Part shown: one piece after another, positions 27,609-36,778 of the stretch
Position numbering within the stretch: position 1 is the stretch's first letter
Layout of the letters: each line of letters opens with the position of its first letter
NCBI GenBank assembly: GCA_963748015.1
Contig: CAVVHE010000004.1
Coordinates: forward strand, 608,001-672,000
Direction: 5' to 3'
Length of the DNA: 64,000 nt
Origin: Terriglobia bacterium
GTDB taxonomy: Bacteria; Acidobacteriota; Polarisedimenticolia; Polarisedimenticolales; JAIQFR01
Made by a program: the position numbers and the translations under genes
Notes under the pieces: model-generated
Databases searched by the model: none
Seen by the model: the letters and a program-made list of their open reading frames with translations, nothing else
What the model was told of the DNA's origin: nothing

Positions 27609-29429
27609 CTAGGACGCCGCCAGGGACCGCGCCCGCGCCTCGATCTCCTCGAGCGAGAGGCTCGCGCGGCTTCCCTGGCCGACGCCGCTGATGATGCTCT
27701 TCAGGACGCGCGCGGCCACCGCGGAGGCCTGCGCCACCGTGTCGGGGATGTCCTTGGGCCCCTGGCAGACCCCGGCGACGAAGATCCCCCCGCGATCGGT
27801 GCTGGTCGGCTCGATGTTGTAGTCCATCTCGGTGAACCATCCGTCCTCGTCGCGGGCGACTCCCACGACCCCAGAAAGCTCGGAAGCCCCTGCGGCGGGC
27901 TCGAGACCGACGGAGAGGATCACCATGTCCACCGGAAGCTCGACCAGCCGGTCGCTCAGGATGTCCTCCCCCTTGAGGATCATCCCTCCGTCCTTCTCGA
28001 GGACCTTGGCGGAGCGGCCGCGGACCACGAAGACCTCCTCGTGCTTGATCCGCTCGAAGAACTCCTCGTACCCCTTCCCGAAGGCGCGCATGTCGATGTA
28101 GAACTCGTAGCACGTGGCGTCGGGGAGCTTCTCGCGGACCAGGTGGGCGAACTTCAGCGAGTACATGCAGCAGACGCGGCTGCAGTAAGGGTTGTAGTGG
28201 CGGTCCCGCGAGCCGACGCAGTGGAGGATCGCGACGCTCTTCGGCGCGGGCCCGCCCGCGTCGAAGACCCACTCGTCCTCTTTCTTGCGCTTGTTGTGCT
28301 TCAGGGTCTTCATCACGACCGAGCCCCCGGTCGGTCCCGAGGCGTTCGTGAGCCGCTCGAACTCGAGGGCCGTGACCACGTTCGGGAGGACGCCGTAGCC
28401 GTAGCGCTCGATCCGCCGCGCGTCGAAGACTTCGTAGCCGGTGGCGACGATGATGTTGCCGACCTCCACCTCGACCACCTTGTCCTGCTCGTCGAAGTGG
28501 ATCCCTTCCTTGGCGCACTTGCGGAGGCAGGCGCCGCATTTCTTGCCGTTGCTCAGGATGTAGGTGCAGGACTCGCGGTCGATCAGGTAGACGTTGGGCA
28601 CCGCCTGGGGAAACGGCATGTAGATCGCCTTGCGCGTCGTGATGCCGTTGTCGAACTCGCTCGGGACCGACACGGGGCAGACCTCCATGCAGGCGTGACA
28701 GGCCACGCAGCCATCGAGGTCCACGTAGCGGGCCCGCTGGAGGATCTTGACCCGGAAGGCGCCGGGCGTGCCGCTCACCTCCTGGACGTCGGAGCAGGTC
28801 ATCAGCTCGATCATCGGGTGCTGAGCGATCGCGACCATCTTGGGGGTCAGGATGCAGGCGGCGCAGTCGAGCGTGGGGAACGTCTTGTCGAACATCGCCA
28901 TGTGGCCGCCGATCGTTCCCGTCTTCTCGACGAGGATGACCTTCTGGCCGGCATCGGCGATCTCGAGCGCTGCCTGGATGCCGGCGACGCCGCCGCCAAT
29001 GACGAGCGTGACGGGGTTCACCGGCGTGGGCCGGGGCAGGGCGGCCAGTCCGAACGGCACGTCGAGGACCGCGCACGCGACGATGGCCTTCGCGCGGTCG
29101 GTCGAGTGGGCGGCCAGGGCGCCGTGCTGCAGGAACGAAGCGAGACGGACCTCCGACGGATCGCCGCCGGAGAGGGCCACGGCCCGCGTAAACGCCTGCT
29201 TGAAGTAGCCGGGGGAGTCGCCGGCGATGACGACGGTCCGGATCGCCTTCCGCGCGAGCTCGAAGGCGAGGGTCTCGGGGTCGAGGCGCGGCTTCAAGCC
29301 GCGATCCTCGATGTGCACGACACCGGGGAGCGTCGCGGCGTACCTTGCCACCTCGGCGAGATCGACGCCGTCGGGCAGGCCGGTCCCTTCCTGGCAGAAG
29401 AAGACCCCGACGTTCTTCGGAGTGCCCAT
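27609..29429 (-). CDS. HdrA-like flavoprotein with an inserted ferredoxin domain, a degenerate N-terminal domain and no C-terminal ferredoxin
   Basis: GGGVAG; TFPTLDCAAC; CVACHACMEVCP / C..CGACLRKC; HCVGSR..YCSRVCCMYSLK; most N-terminal Cys ligands replaced (VFFCQEG, IAGDSP). Confidence 0.9.
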   Translation of the reverse strand: MGTPKNVGVFFCQEGTGLPDGVDLAEVARYAATLPGVVHIEDRGLKPRLDPETLAFELARKAIRTVVIAGDSPGYFKQAFTRAVALSGGDPSEVRLASFLQHGALAAHSTDRAKAIVACAVLDVPFGLAALPRPTPVNPVTLVIGGGVAGIQAALEIADAGQKVILVEKTGTIGGHMAMFDKTFPTLDCAACILTPKMVAIAQHPMIELMTCSDVQEVSGTPGAFRVKILQRARYVDLDGCVACHACMEVCPVSVPSEFDNGITTRKAIYMPFPQAVPNVYLIDRESCTYILSNGKKCGACLRKCAKEGIHFDEQDKVVEVEVGNIIVATGYEVFDARRIERYGYGVLPNVVTALEFERLTNASGPTGGSVVMKTLKHNKRKKEDEWVFDAGGPAPKSVAILHCVGSRDRHYNPYCSRVCCMYSLKFAHLVREKLPDATCYEFYIDMRAFGKGYEEFFERIKHEEVFVVRGRSAKVLEKDGGMILKGEDILSDRLVELPVDMVILSVGLEPAAGASELSGVVGVARDEDGWFTEMDYNIEPTSTDRGGIFVAGVCQGPKDIPDTVAQASAVAARVLKSIISGVGQGSRASLSLEEIEARARSLAAS

Positions 29430-29799
29430 CCGCTACACCTCGCTCTCCGGCCGGGAGGCGGCAGGACGCGCCTCGGCGGCTCGACGATCATGCTCTTCGG
29501 GTTGGCCAGGATGAATGCGACGTGGACGCGCGGCCGGGCCGCCGCACAAACAAACACACGAAAGGGAACCCCGATCCCGCATCAAGGGTCCTCCCACCGA
29601 CGTCAGTGTACGTCAAAAGGCGAACGGGTCAATGAGCGGACTTGTATTCCGCTGCGGAATCTCCCGCGCGGATTCCTTTTTCCTGAACACGTGTGAGACC
29701 GTTGACGCTGAGAAAGACGAACTGTGGAAAAGCGCAGCGTCACGGGCGGCGTAGTCGTTGCAAATCTAAAAGCGTACCAACGGAGTTTGCGGCTCTATT

Positions 29800-30336
29800 T
29801 TACGATGTTGGGCGGCGACCGGACGCGGTGTCGCCGGCGTCCTTCGTTTGCGACCGAGGCCGGCGCTCGAGCCAACGGTCAAGGATCGCCGAGGCGCTTT
29901 GCACGAGGCGAGGCAGCGCGGAGGCGACCTCGGGCGTGAGACCCTCGCGAATCGTGTACGGGTCGTTCACCTCCACCGCGAGAACCTCGATCTCGCGCGG
30001 CAGAGCCACGCCGAGACGCCTGGCGAGATCGAGCACTTCGGGCAGGCCGGCGTAGTGCGGGGAAGGCGCGGTGACCTCGCGGAACGCGTCCCGCGGGATG
30101 GAAAGGACCGTTCCGGGCGCGTGCTCTCCGGTCTTGATCGAGTCGAGAAGGACCGCCCGCTCGTAGCCTTCCAGGATCTCGAGGAGCGCCAAGCCGGCCT
30201 CCCCGGATTCGACGACGTCGGCCGTGGCGCCGTAGCGTTCACGGAGCTCTCGCGCCGCCGCGAGGCCGATGCCGTCGTCTCCCATCACGTCGTTTCCGAG
30301 CGCGAGGACGAGAATCGACGGGCGGCGCGGGCTCAA
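29800..30336 (-). CDS. Hydrogenase maturation endopeptidase (operon 1)
   Basis: LALGNDVMGDDGIG, GLALLE, LLDSI, SPHY; TTG start overlaps the mvhA stop. Confidence 0.9.
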   Translation of the reverse strand: MSPRRPSILVLALGNDVMGDDGIGLAAARELRERYGATADVVESGEAGLALLEILEGYERAVLLDSIKTGEHAPGTVLSIPRDAFREVTAPSPHYAGLPEVLDLARRLGVALPREIEVLAVEVNDPYTIREGLTPEVASALPRLVQSASAILDRWLERRPRSQTKDAGDTASGRRPTS

Positions 30337-31798
30337 CGGCGGTGTTCCTCGAGGACCCGCCCCGAGGCGTCGCGAAGGGTGACCACGAGCGGCATCTGGC
30401 CCGGCAGCGAGTGCGTCGCGCAGCCGTGGCACGGATCGTAGGCGCGGAACGCCATCTCGATCCGGTTGAGAAGCCCCTCGGAGACCTGGCCACCGCGGAT
30501 CAGTCCCTTCGCGGCCTTCTCCACCCCCATCGCCATGCGGGCGGAGTTCCCTTGCGTGGCGACGATCAGGTTCGCCTTCGTGATGATGCCGTTCTCGTCG
30601 GTCGCGTAGTGGTGGAAGAGCGTGCCGCGCGGAGCTTCGACGGCGCCGATCCCTTCCTTCGGAGCGGCCTTGGGGAGCGTCCTGAGGTCGGAGCCCGCGA
30701 TCGCGGGATCGTCGAGGAGCGAGCACAGCGTCTCGGCCGCCTGCACCATCTCCACCACGCGCGCCCAGTGGTTCGCGAGGGTGTGGTGGACCGGCTTCGG
30801 CCCGAGCACCGAGTACAGCTCGTCGTGGGCCGCCTGCGCCTCGGGGGTCGCCATTCCAAGGGACGCGTTGAGGCGCGCGAGAGGGGCGACGGCGTACACG
30901 CCGCTGTCCTTCCCCTCGACGAAGCCCTTCCAGCCGACGGACTTCAGGTAGCAGAACTTCACGTAGCTCCACGGCTCGACGTGCTCGGCGACGTGGTCGA
31001 GGTAGCGGTCCGCCGCGAACTTCGCGTGCTCCTTGCCGTCCGGGTCCACGACGCGCAACTCCCCGTCGTAGAAGCTCACGCGGTTCCGCGCGTCCACCAT
31101 CCCCATGTAGTAGGTCCGATGGGTGTAGGTGTCCGAGGTGATCAGGCTCACGTAGTCGGCGTTGTTCAGCACGACGTCGTGGAAGACCTTCACGCGTGAG
31201 CCGCGCGAACTCGAGCGCTTCCCTCGCCAGCTCGCGGAGCGCGGGGAGATCCTCGGCGGCAACTCCTTTTGCGACCCCGCCGGGCAGGCCGAAGACGGGA
31301 TGGATCGCCTTCCCCGCGATGCGCCCGATCATCTCCCTGAGCCTCCGGCGCATGGAGATCACGGAGCGGCCGAGTTCGAGACCGACCTTCTGGATCACCC
31401 CCGCGACGTTCCGGATGGCCGGCGGCGCATCGGGTCCCACGATGAAGTCCGGGCCGCCGAGCACGTAGACGTGCAGGGCGTGGTCCTCGAGCATGAACGC
31501 GTTGTAGACCAGCTCGCGGACCTTGCGCGCGGTCGCGGTCGGCTCGACGCCGTAGAGGGCGTCGAGGGCCTTCGTCGCGGCCATGTGGTGCGCGGTGGGA
31601 CAGACGCCGCAGATCCGGCTCGTGATCTGGGGCATGTCCTCGGCCGGCCTGCCGACGCTGAACACCTCGAAGCCGCGCAGCTCGGGAACCTGGAAGAAGG
31701 CCCGCTCCACGTCGCCGCGCGTCGTTCAGGAAGATGTCGATCTTCCCGTGCCCTTCGAGGCGGGTGATCGGATCCACGGTAATCCTTCGGGCTTCCAT
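30333..31798 (-). pseudogene. mvhA: [NiFe]-hydrogenase large subunit, MvhA-type (operon 1), split by two +1 insertions (near 31717 and 31193; probably assembly errors)
   Basis: Three frames join: MEARRITVDPITRLEGHG.. | ..RICGVC.. | ..DPCHGCATH; repaired length 487 aa versus 488 aa for the paralogue. Confidence 0.9.
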
Positions 31799-31836
31799 GA
31801 GTTCCTCGCTCTCCGCCCGCGGGCGGGCGCAAAACG

Positions 31837-32829
31837 TCAACGGACCTCTCGGGCGTCGGTCGGCAGGCTCGCCTTCCTCCGCAGGAGGGAACGGGCGAGG
31901 CCGTAGCGGTAGAAGGTCCCGACCGGATCGGGAATGCCGTCGAGCACTTTCAGGATGGCCGCGTCGTCCTTGGGCTCGATGGACGACGCGATGGACGAGA
32001 GGGCCTTGGCGCCCTGGTCGCGAACGCGCGAGGTCGGCCCGAAGCAGCCGGTGCAGGGCATGTTGCCGCCGATGCACTGGGCCTCGCAGGCGCCCCGGGT
32101 CGCCGGGCCCATGCAGACGACCCCCTGGGCGAGGAAGCACTTCGCCGGGTCGAGCAGAATCCGGTGGGGCCGGACGAACTCCGCGTACGCCAGATCTGCC
32201 GGCTTCGAGTCCTTGCGCGGGCACTCGTCGCAAAGGGCGACGTCCGGAGCGAGGACGGAACCCTTCTCCGGCAAGCTCCCCGCCAGCAGGCCCTCGACCG
32301 CACCCTGGAGCAACTTCGGCGTCGGCGGGCAGCCGGGCACGTAGTAGTCCACCGGGACCACCTGGTCGAGGGCGCGGACGACGTTCCTGAACTCGGGAAG
32401 GGTTGCGACGAACCCGTTCTCTCGATGCTCGAGCTCGGGGCGGGTCCCGGCCGGGTTGACCGTCGAGGAGGACTCCCCGTAAACGTAGCGGAGGATCTCC
32501 TCGCGGCCGAACTGGTTGGCGAGGGCCGGGATGCCTCCCTGATGAGCGCAGGACCCGTAGGCGATGAGAACGCGGCTCTTCCTGCGGAGGAGCCGGGCCA
32601 TCTCCTCGTGCTCCGACGTCCGTATCGCGCCGTTCAGGAAGGTGGCGGCGATGGAGCCGTCCGGCAGGGCCTCGACGTCGTGCTTCTTGAAGTCCATCGC
32701 GACCGGCCAGAGCACGATGTCCACGGCGTCCAGGACGTCGAGGACACCCTCGGCGAGGTCCACCACCGACTCCTCGCAGCCGCCGCAAGCGGCGCACCAG
32801 TAGAAGGCGATCTTCGGCTTGTCAGGCAT
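31837..32829 (-). CDS. mvhG: [NiFe]-hydrogenase small subunit, MvhG-type (operon 1)
   Basis: WCAACGGC, GSCA, PGCPP, LCDEC, CMGPAT..C..C..PCTGCFG. Confidence 0.93.
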   Translation of the reverse strand: MPDKPKIAFYWCAACGGCEESVVDLAEGVLDVLDAVDIVLWPVAMDFKKHDVEALPDGSIAATFLNGAIRTSEHEEMARLLRRKSRVLIAYGSCAHQGGIPALANQFGREEILRYVYGESSSTVNPAGTRPELEHRENGFVATLPEFRNVVRALDQVVPVDYYVPGCPPTPKLLQGAVEGLLAGSLPEKGSVLAPDVALCDECPRKDSKPADLAYAEFVRPHRILLDPAKCFLAQGVVCMGPATRGACEAQCIGGNMPCTGCFGPTSRVRDQGAKALSSIASSIEPKDDAAILKVLDGIPDPVGTFYRYGLARSLLRRKASLPTDAREVR

Positions 32830-33310
32830 GGACGACGACCTCCTCCGCCTCGGGCCGCTGCTCCGGTTCCGTGACCTCGCGGTCCCACTCCGCGGCGCGG
32901 CCGGGAAGATCGAGGGGGCCGAGCGCGCGGACGTCCTGCACCATCTGGTTGACGACGCGCTGGACCTTGTCCCCCTCCGCCGCGGAGATCCACTCGAGGC
33001 GGCAGCGCCCGTCCTCGATCCCCATTCCGGCGAGCACCCGCTTCATCAGGTGGAAGCGCCTCAGGGCCTTGTAGTTCCCCTCCATGTAGTGGCAGTCGCC
33101 CGGGTGGCAGCCGCCGATCAGCACGCCGTCGGCGCCGCGGGCGAATGCCTCGTAAACGAACTGCGGGTCCATGCGGCCCGAGCACATGACCCGCACGACC
33201 CGCGTGTTCGGCGCGTACTTGAGGCGGGAGACCCCCGCGAGGTCGGCCGCGGTGTACGTGCACCAGTTGCAGAAGAACGCCACGATCCGGGGTTCCCAGT
33301 TTTCAGGCAT
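32822..33310 (-). CDS. mvhD: MvhD [2Fe-2S] subunit (operon 1)
   Basis: FFCNWCTYTAAD, VMCSGR, GCHPGDCHY, WISAAEG. Confidence 0.95.
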   Translation of the reverse strand: MPENWEPRIVAFFCNWCTYTAADLAGVSRLKYAPNTRVVRVMCSGRMDPQFVYEAFARGADGVLIGGCHPGDCHYMEGNYKALRRFHLMKRVLAGMGIEDGRCRLEWISAAEGDKVQRVVNQMVQDVRALGPLDLPGRAAEWDREVTEPEQRPEAEEVVVHA

Positions 33311-35303
33311 GGACGAGGACTCCCTCGATCTCGCTGAAGATCTGATCGTCTTCGAAGAGGTTCTGGCGGATGGCGCCGGAGGGGCAGGCGGCGACGCACG
33401 TGCCGCACCCCTTGCAGAGGGCGCCGTTGACGGAGGCCTTCTTGCGCTCGTCGCCGTACGAGATGGCCGAATACGGGCACAGCGCCACGCAGGACTTGCA
33501 GCCCGAGCAATCATCCTCGGTGATGTACGCCGTGTTCGGCTCGAGCTCGACGCGCCCCGCGTCGATGAGGGCGAGGGCGCCGGCCGCGGCCGCACCGGCC
33601 TGGGCGACGGTGTCCGGGATGTCCTTCGGGCCCTGGCAGCACCCCGCGAGGAAGATCCCCTCGGTGAACGTGTCCACCGGGGCGAGCTTGGGGTGGCGCT
33701 CCATGAAGAACCCCTCGCTGGAGCAGCTGATGTTGAACATCCGCCGCACGTCCTGGGCGTCCGCGTGGGGCTCGAGGCCGACCGCGAGCACGACCATGTC
33801 CACCGGGATCCTGCGGACGAAGCCGGCGAGCGTGTCCTCCACGCGGATCACGAGACGGCCTTCCTCCTCGGGGGTCATCGTCCAGTCGGTGATCTCCGCG
33901 ACGCGGCCGCGGATGAAATTGACCCCCTCCTCGCGGAGCTTGTCGAAGAACTCCTCGTACCCTTTTCCGGCCGCGCGGATGTCGATGTAGAAGTTGTAGA
34001 CCTGCGCTCCCGTGTGCTCCTTGATCAGGTGGGCCAGCTTGAGGGAGTACATGCAGCACACCCGGGAGCACCACCGGTGGGTCTTCTCGTCCCTCGACCC
34101 GACGCAGTGGAGGATCCCGACCGAGCGAGGCTTGCTCCCGTCCCGGCGCCTGATCTCTCCGGCGGTCGGGCCCGACGAGTTGACCATCCTCTCGATCTGG
34201 AGCGAGGTGAAGACGTCGTCGTAGATTCCGAGACCGTACTGGGGGATCCGGGTGGCGTCGAACGCCTGGAAGCCGGTGGCGACGATGATGGCGCCCACCT
34301 CGATCTGGCGGATCTCCTCCGTCTGGTCGAACACGATCGCGTCGCGGTCGCACGACTCGACGCAGGTGCTCTTGCACTTGCCCGTCTTGACCCGGATGCA
34401 GGTTTCCGGGTCGACGACCACCACCTGCGGGGTGGCCTGCGGGAAGGGGATGTAGATCGGCTTCCGCTTCCCGAGTCCCTCGTTGAAGCCGTCGGTCACC
34501 CGGGCGTCCTTGTAGACGCAGGCGTCGATGCACTGCAGGCATCCGACGCAGAGATCCTCGCGGACGTAACGGGGACGCCGCCTCACGGTGACCTTGAAGT
34601 TGCCGACGTACCCGTCGACGGCCGTGACGTCCGAGTAGGTCCAGAGGGTGATGTTCTCATGCCCCTTCACCGCGGACATCTTGGGCGTGAGGATGCAGGC
34701 GGCGCAGTCGAGCGTCGGGAAGGTCTTGTCGAACTTGGCCATGTGGCCGCCGATCGTCGGCTCGCGCTCGACGAGGTAGACCTTCTTCCCGGCGCTGGCC
34801 AGGGTGAGCGCGGCCTGGATCCCCGCGATGCCGCCCCCCACCACGAGGACGTCCGGATGCACGGGAACCGAGGTGCGCTCGAGCGCCCTGTGGAAACGGA
34901 CGCGGCGGACGGCGGCGCGCACGAGGTCCTTCGCCTTCTCGGTGGCGGCGCGCGGGTCGTCGTGCACCCACGAGTCGTGCTCCCGCAGGTTGACCATCTG
35001 GAAGAAGTAGGGGTTGAGCCCGCCGCGCGCGGTGGCCTTGCGGAAGGTCTCCTCGTGGAGCAGGGGAGAGCAGGACGCGACCACGATCCGGTTCAGGCCG
35101 TGGTCGCGAATGTCCTGCTGGATCATCTCCTGGCCGGGGTCCGAGCACATGTACTTGTAGTCGCGCGACACCGCGACGCCCGGGAGGGCGGCGGCGTACT
35201 CCGCGACGGCCGCCACCCCGACCTTCCCTGCGATGTTCGATCCACAGTGGCAGACGTAGACGCCGATCCGGGGTTCGTCCAATTTCGGTTCCACGACGTT
35301 CAC
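33303..35303 (-). CDS. hdrA: Heterodisulfide reductase subunit A (full-length, canonical domain set)
   Basis: CHCG..YMCS..SCSP..EHDSW; GGGIAG; TFPTLDC; inserted ferredoxin; HCVGSR..CSRVCCMYSLK; C-terminal ferredoxin. Confidence 0.95.
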   Translation of the reverse strand: MNVVEPKLDEPRIGVYVCHCGSNIAGKVGVAAVAEYAAALPGVAVSRDYKYMCSDPGQEMIQQDIRDHGLNRIVVASCSPLLHEETFRKATARGGLNPYFFQMVNLREHDSWVHDDPRAATEKAKDLVRAAVRRVRFHRALERTSVPVHPDVLVVGGGIAGIQAALTLASAGKKVYLVEREPTIGGHMAKFDKTFPTLDCAACILTPKMSAVKGHENITLWTYSDVTAVDGYVGNFKVTVRRRPRYVREDLCVGCLQCIDACVYKDARVTDGFNEGLGKRKPIYIPFPQATPQVVVVDPETCIRVKTGKCKSTCVESCDRDAIVFDQTEEIRQIEVGAIIVATGFQAFDATRIPQYGLGIYDDVFTSLQIERMVNSSGPTAGEIRRRDGSKPRSVGILHCVGSRDEKTHRWCSRVCCMYSLKLAHLIKEHTGAQVYNFYIDIRAAGKGYEEFFDKLREEGVNFIRGRVAEITDWTMTPEEEGRLVIRVEDTLAGFVRRIPVDMVVLAVGLEPHADAQDVRRMFNISCSSEGFFMERHPKLAPVDTFTEGIFLAGCCQGPKDIPDTVAQAGAAAAGALALIDAGRVELEPNTAYITEDDCSGCKSCVALCPYSAISYGDERKKASVNGALCKGCGTCVAACPSGAIRQNLFEDDQIFSEIEGVLVHA

Positions 35304-35312
35304 CTCTCCCCC

Positions 35313-36191
35313 CTATCCCACGGTGGCCAGGCTGTGGGAGGCGAGCGCGGAGTGCGCCGACACGATGTTCCGGTTGAGGCCGAGCTCCTTCTCGGAGTGG
35401 CCGAGCGCCAGGCCCACGAGCTGCGTGAAGTAGACGGTCGGAACGGAGACCTTCTCGCAATCCCGGGCGATCTTGTCCTGGTACGAGTCGAGGTTGAAGT
35501 GGCACAGGGGGCAAAGCGTGGCGATCACGTCCGCGCCGCGCTTCTTCGCCTCGCGAATCAGGAACCACGCCAACCGCACGCCGACGTCCGGGACGGTGCC
35601 GGTGAGGCTGCCGCCGCAGCACTTCGTCTTCAGCGGATAGCGCACCACGGTGGCGCCTACCGCTTCGAGAAGCCGGTCCATCAGAACCGGGTAGGTCTGA
35701 TGGTCGAAGCTCGAATACGGGCGCACCACCTGGCATCCGTAGTACGGAGCGACGGCGAGCCCCTCGAGAGGGCGGACGACCTTCGCTCTGATGGCATCGA
35801 GACCGACGTCGTTGACGAGGACGTCGAGCGGGTGGCGGATGTGAACGTTACCGTCGTACTTGAGCCCCGCCGCGGCGAGACCCCGGTGGACCCGCTGGTG
35901 CAGGTGCGGGTGATTCTTGATGTAGCGCTTGGTCTTTTCGAGGACGAGGTAGCAGGCGGCGCAGGGGGCCACGAGGTCCTGGTTCATCGGCTCCGCGATC
36001 GCGAGGTTCCTCGCGGCCAGGGCGAACGCGGCGGAGTTGTGGACCGAGCTGTAGGAGGTCGCGCCGCAGCAGTTCCAGTCGTCGATCTCCTGCGTCTCGA
36101 CGCCGAGCGAACGGAAGACGGCGAGGAGCGACTCTTCGTAGGCCTTGCCGGTCCCCTTGAGCGAGCAGCCCGGATAGTACGTGTATCTCAT
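35313..36191 (-). CDS. hdrB: Heterodisulfide reductase subunit B
   Basis: Two CCG domains: YYPGC..WNCCG..PCAAC and YYGC..KCCGG..LCPLC. Confidence 0.95.
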   Translation of the reverse strand: MRYTYYPGCSLKGTGKAYEESLLAVFRSLGVETQEIDDWNCCGATSYSSVHNSAAFALAARNLAIAEPMNQDLVAPCAACYLVLEKTKRYIKNHPHLHQRVHRGLAAAGLKYDGNVHIRHPLDVLVNDVGLDAIRAKVVRPLEGLAVAPYYGCQVVRPYSSFDHQTYPVLMDRLLEAVGATVVRYPLKTKCCGGSLTGTVPDVGVRLAWFLIREAKKRGADVIATLCPLCHFNLDSYQDKIARDCEKVSVPTVYFTQLVGLALGHSEKELGLNRNIVSAHSALASHSLATVG

Positions 36192-36778
36192 TTCGCCATC
36201 CCCTTCTCGGCTTCCGCGGCCTCGAGGAGACGCCGCAGCTCCCTGCGCTGCCGGATCGCGTCGGCCCTGAAGGACATGCGGCCGGTTCGGAGCAGGTTCA
36301 GTCCGAGGCGGGTCATTCCCAGGATCTTGAAGATGTTCGTCTTCCAGAAAAGTCGGATGACGAGCCAGCTCTCCGTGGAGCGTCCCCTCGACCGCACGAG
36401 GCTGAAGAACTCCTGGGCCAGGACCGGGATCGGAAGGCGCTTCGGAAACACCCCTTCCTTGATGGCCCTCTGCTTGAGCGCATACATGATGTTGGTGATC
36501 TGAATTTCCTTGGGGCACTCCACGGTGCAGGCGTAACAGGAAGTGCAGAGCCAGATCGTCATGCAGCGGAGCGCGTCGTCCTTGAACCCGGTGCGGGTGA
36601 GGGCGATGACGCGCCGGGGCGTGTAGTCCATGAACGTGCTGAGGAGGCAGGCCGCCGAGCAGGTTCCGCACTGGAAACAGCTCGTGAGGTTCTCGCAACC
36701 CGGGATCGCCGCGATCTCCTGGGCAAATGTCGGGTCGCGCTCCGCCTCGTACTTGATCGTTTGCTTGATCGGCTCCAT
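36188..36778 (-). CDS. hdrC: Heterodisulfide reductase subunit C
   Basis: CFQCGTCSAAC and IWLCTSCYACTVECP; directly upstream of hdrB. Confidence 0.93.
   Translation of the reverse strand: MEPIKQTIKYEAERDPTFAQEIAAIPGCENLTSCFQCGTCSAACLLSTFMDYTPRRVIALTRTGFKDDALRCMTIWLCTSCYACTVECPKEIQITNIMYALKQRAIKEGVFPKRLPIPVLAQEFFSLVRSRGRSTESWLVIRLFWKTNIFKILGMTRLGLNLLRTGRMSFRADAIRQRRELRRLLEAAEAEKGMAK

Noticed and set aside
29800..31710. Apparent hydrogenase large subunit-maturation protease fusion (636 aa)
   Set aside because: The middle section is off-frame nonsense caused by the +1 insertion near 31193; the protease has its own TTG start overlapping the mvhA stop
31190..31720. Programmed ribosomal frameshifting in mvhA
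   Set aside because: No slippery heptamer at either site, and the intact paralogue aligns after removing single bases
33171..36503. 1110-aa + strand ORF, and similar long ORFs such as 3325-6156, 39929-42607, 46438-49257, 47462-49987 and 24785-26710
   Set aside because: They are antisense or off-frame shadows of well-supported genes, expected at very high GC; Arg/Pro/Gly-rich with no motifs
21875..36778. Possible selenocysteine recoding in Hdr/Mvh subunits
   Set aside because: The usual Sec positions are Cys (DPCFSC, DPCHGC, GCHPGDCHY, TLDC), and the ORF breaks are explained by indels rather than in-frame TGA
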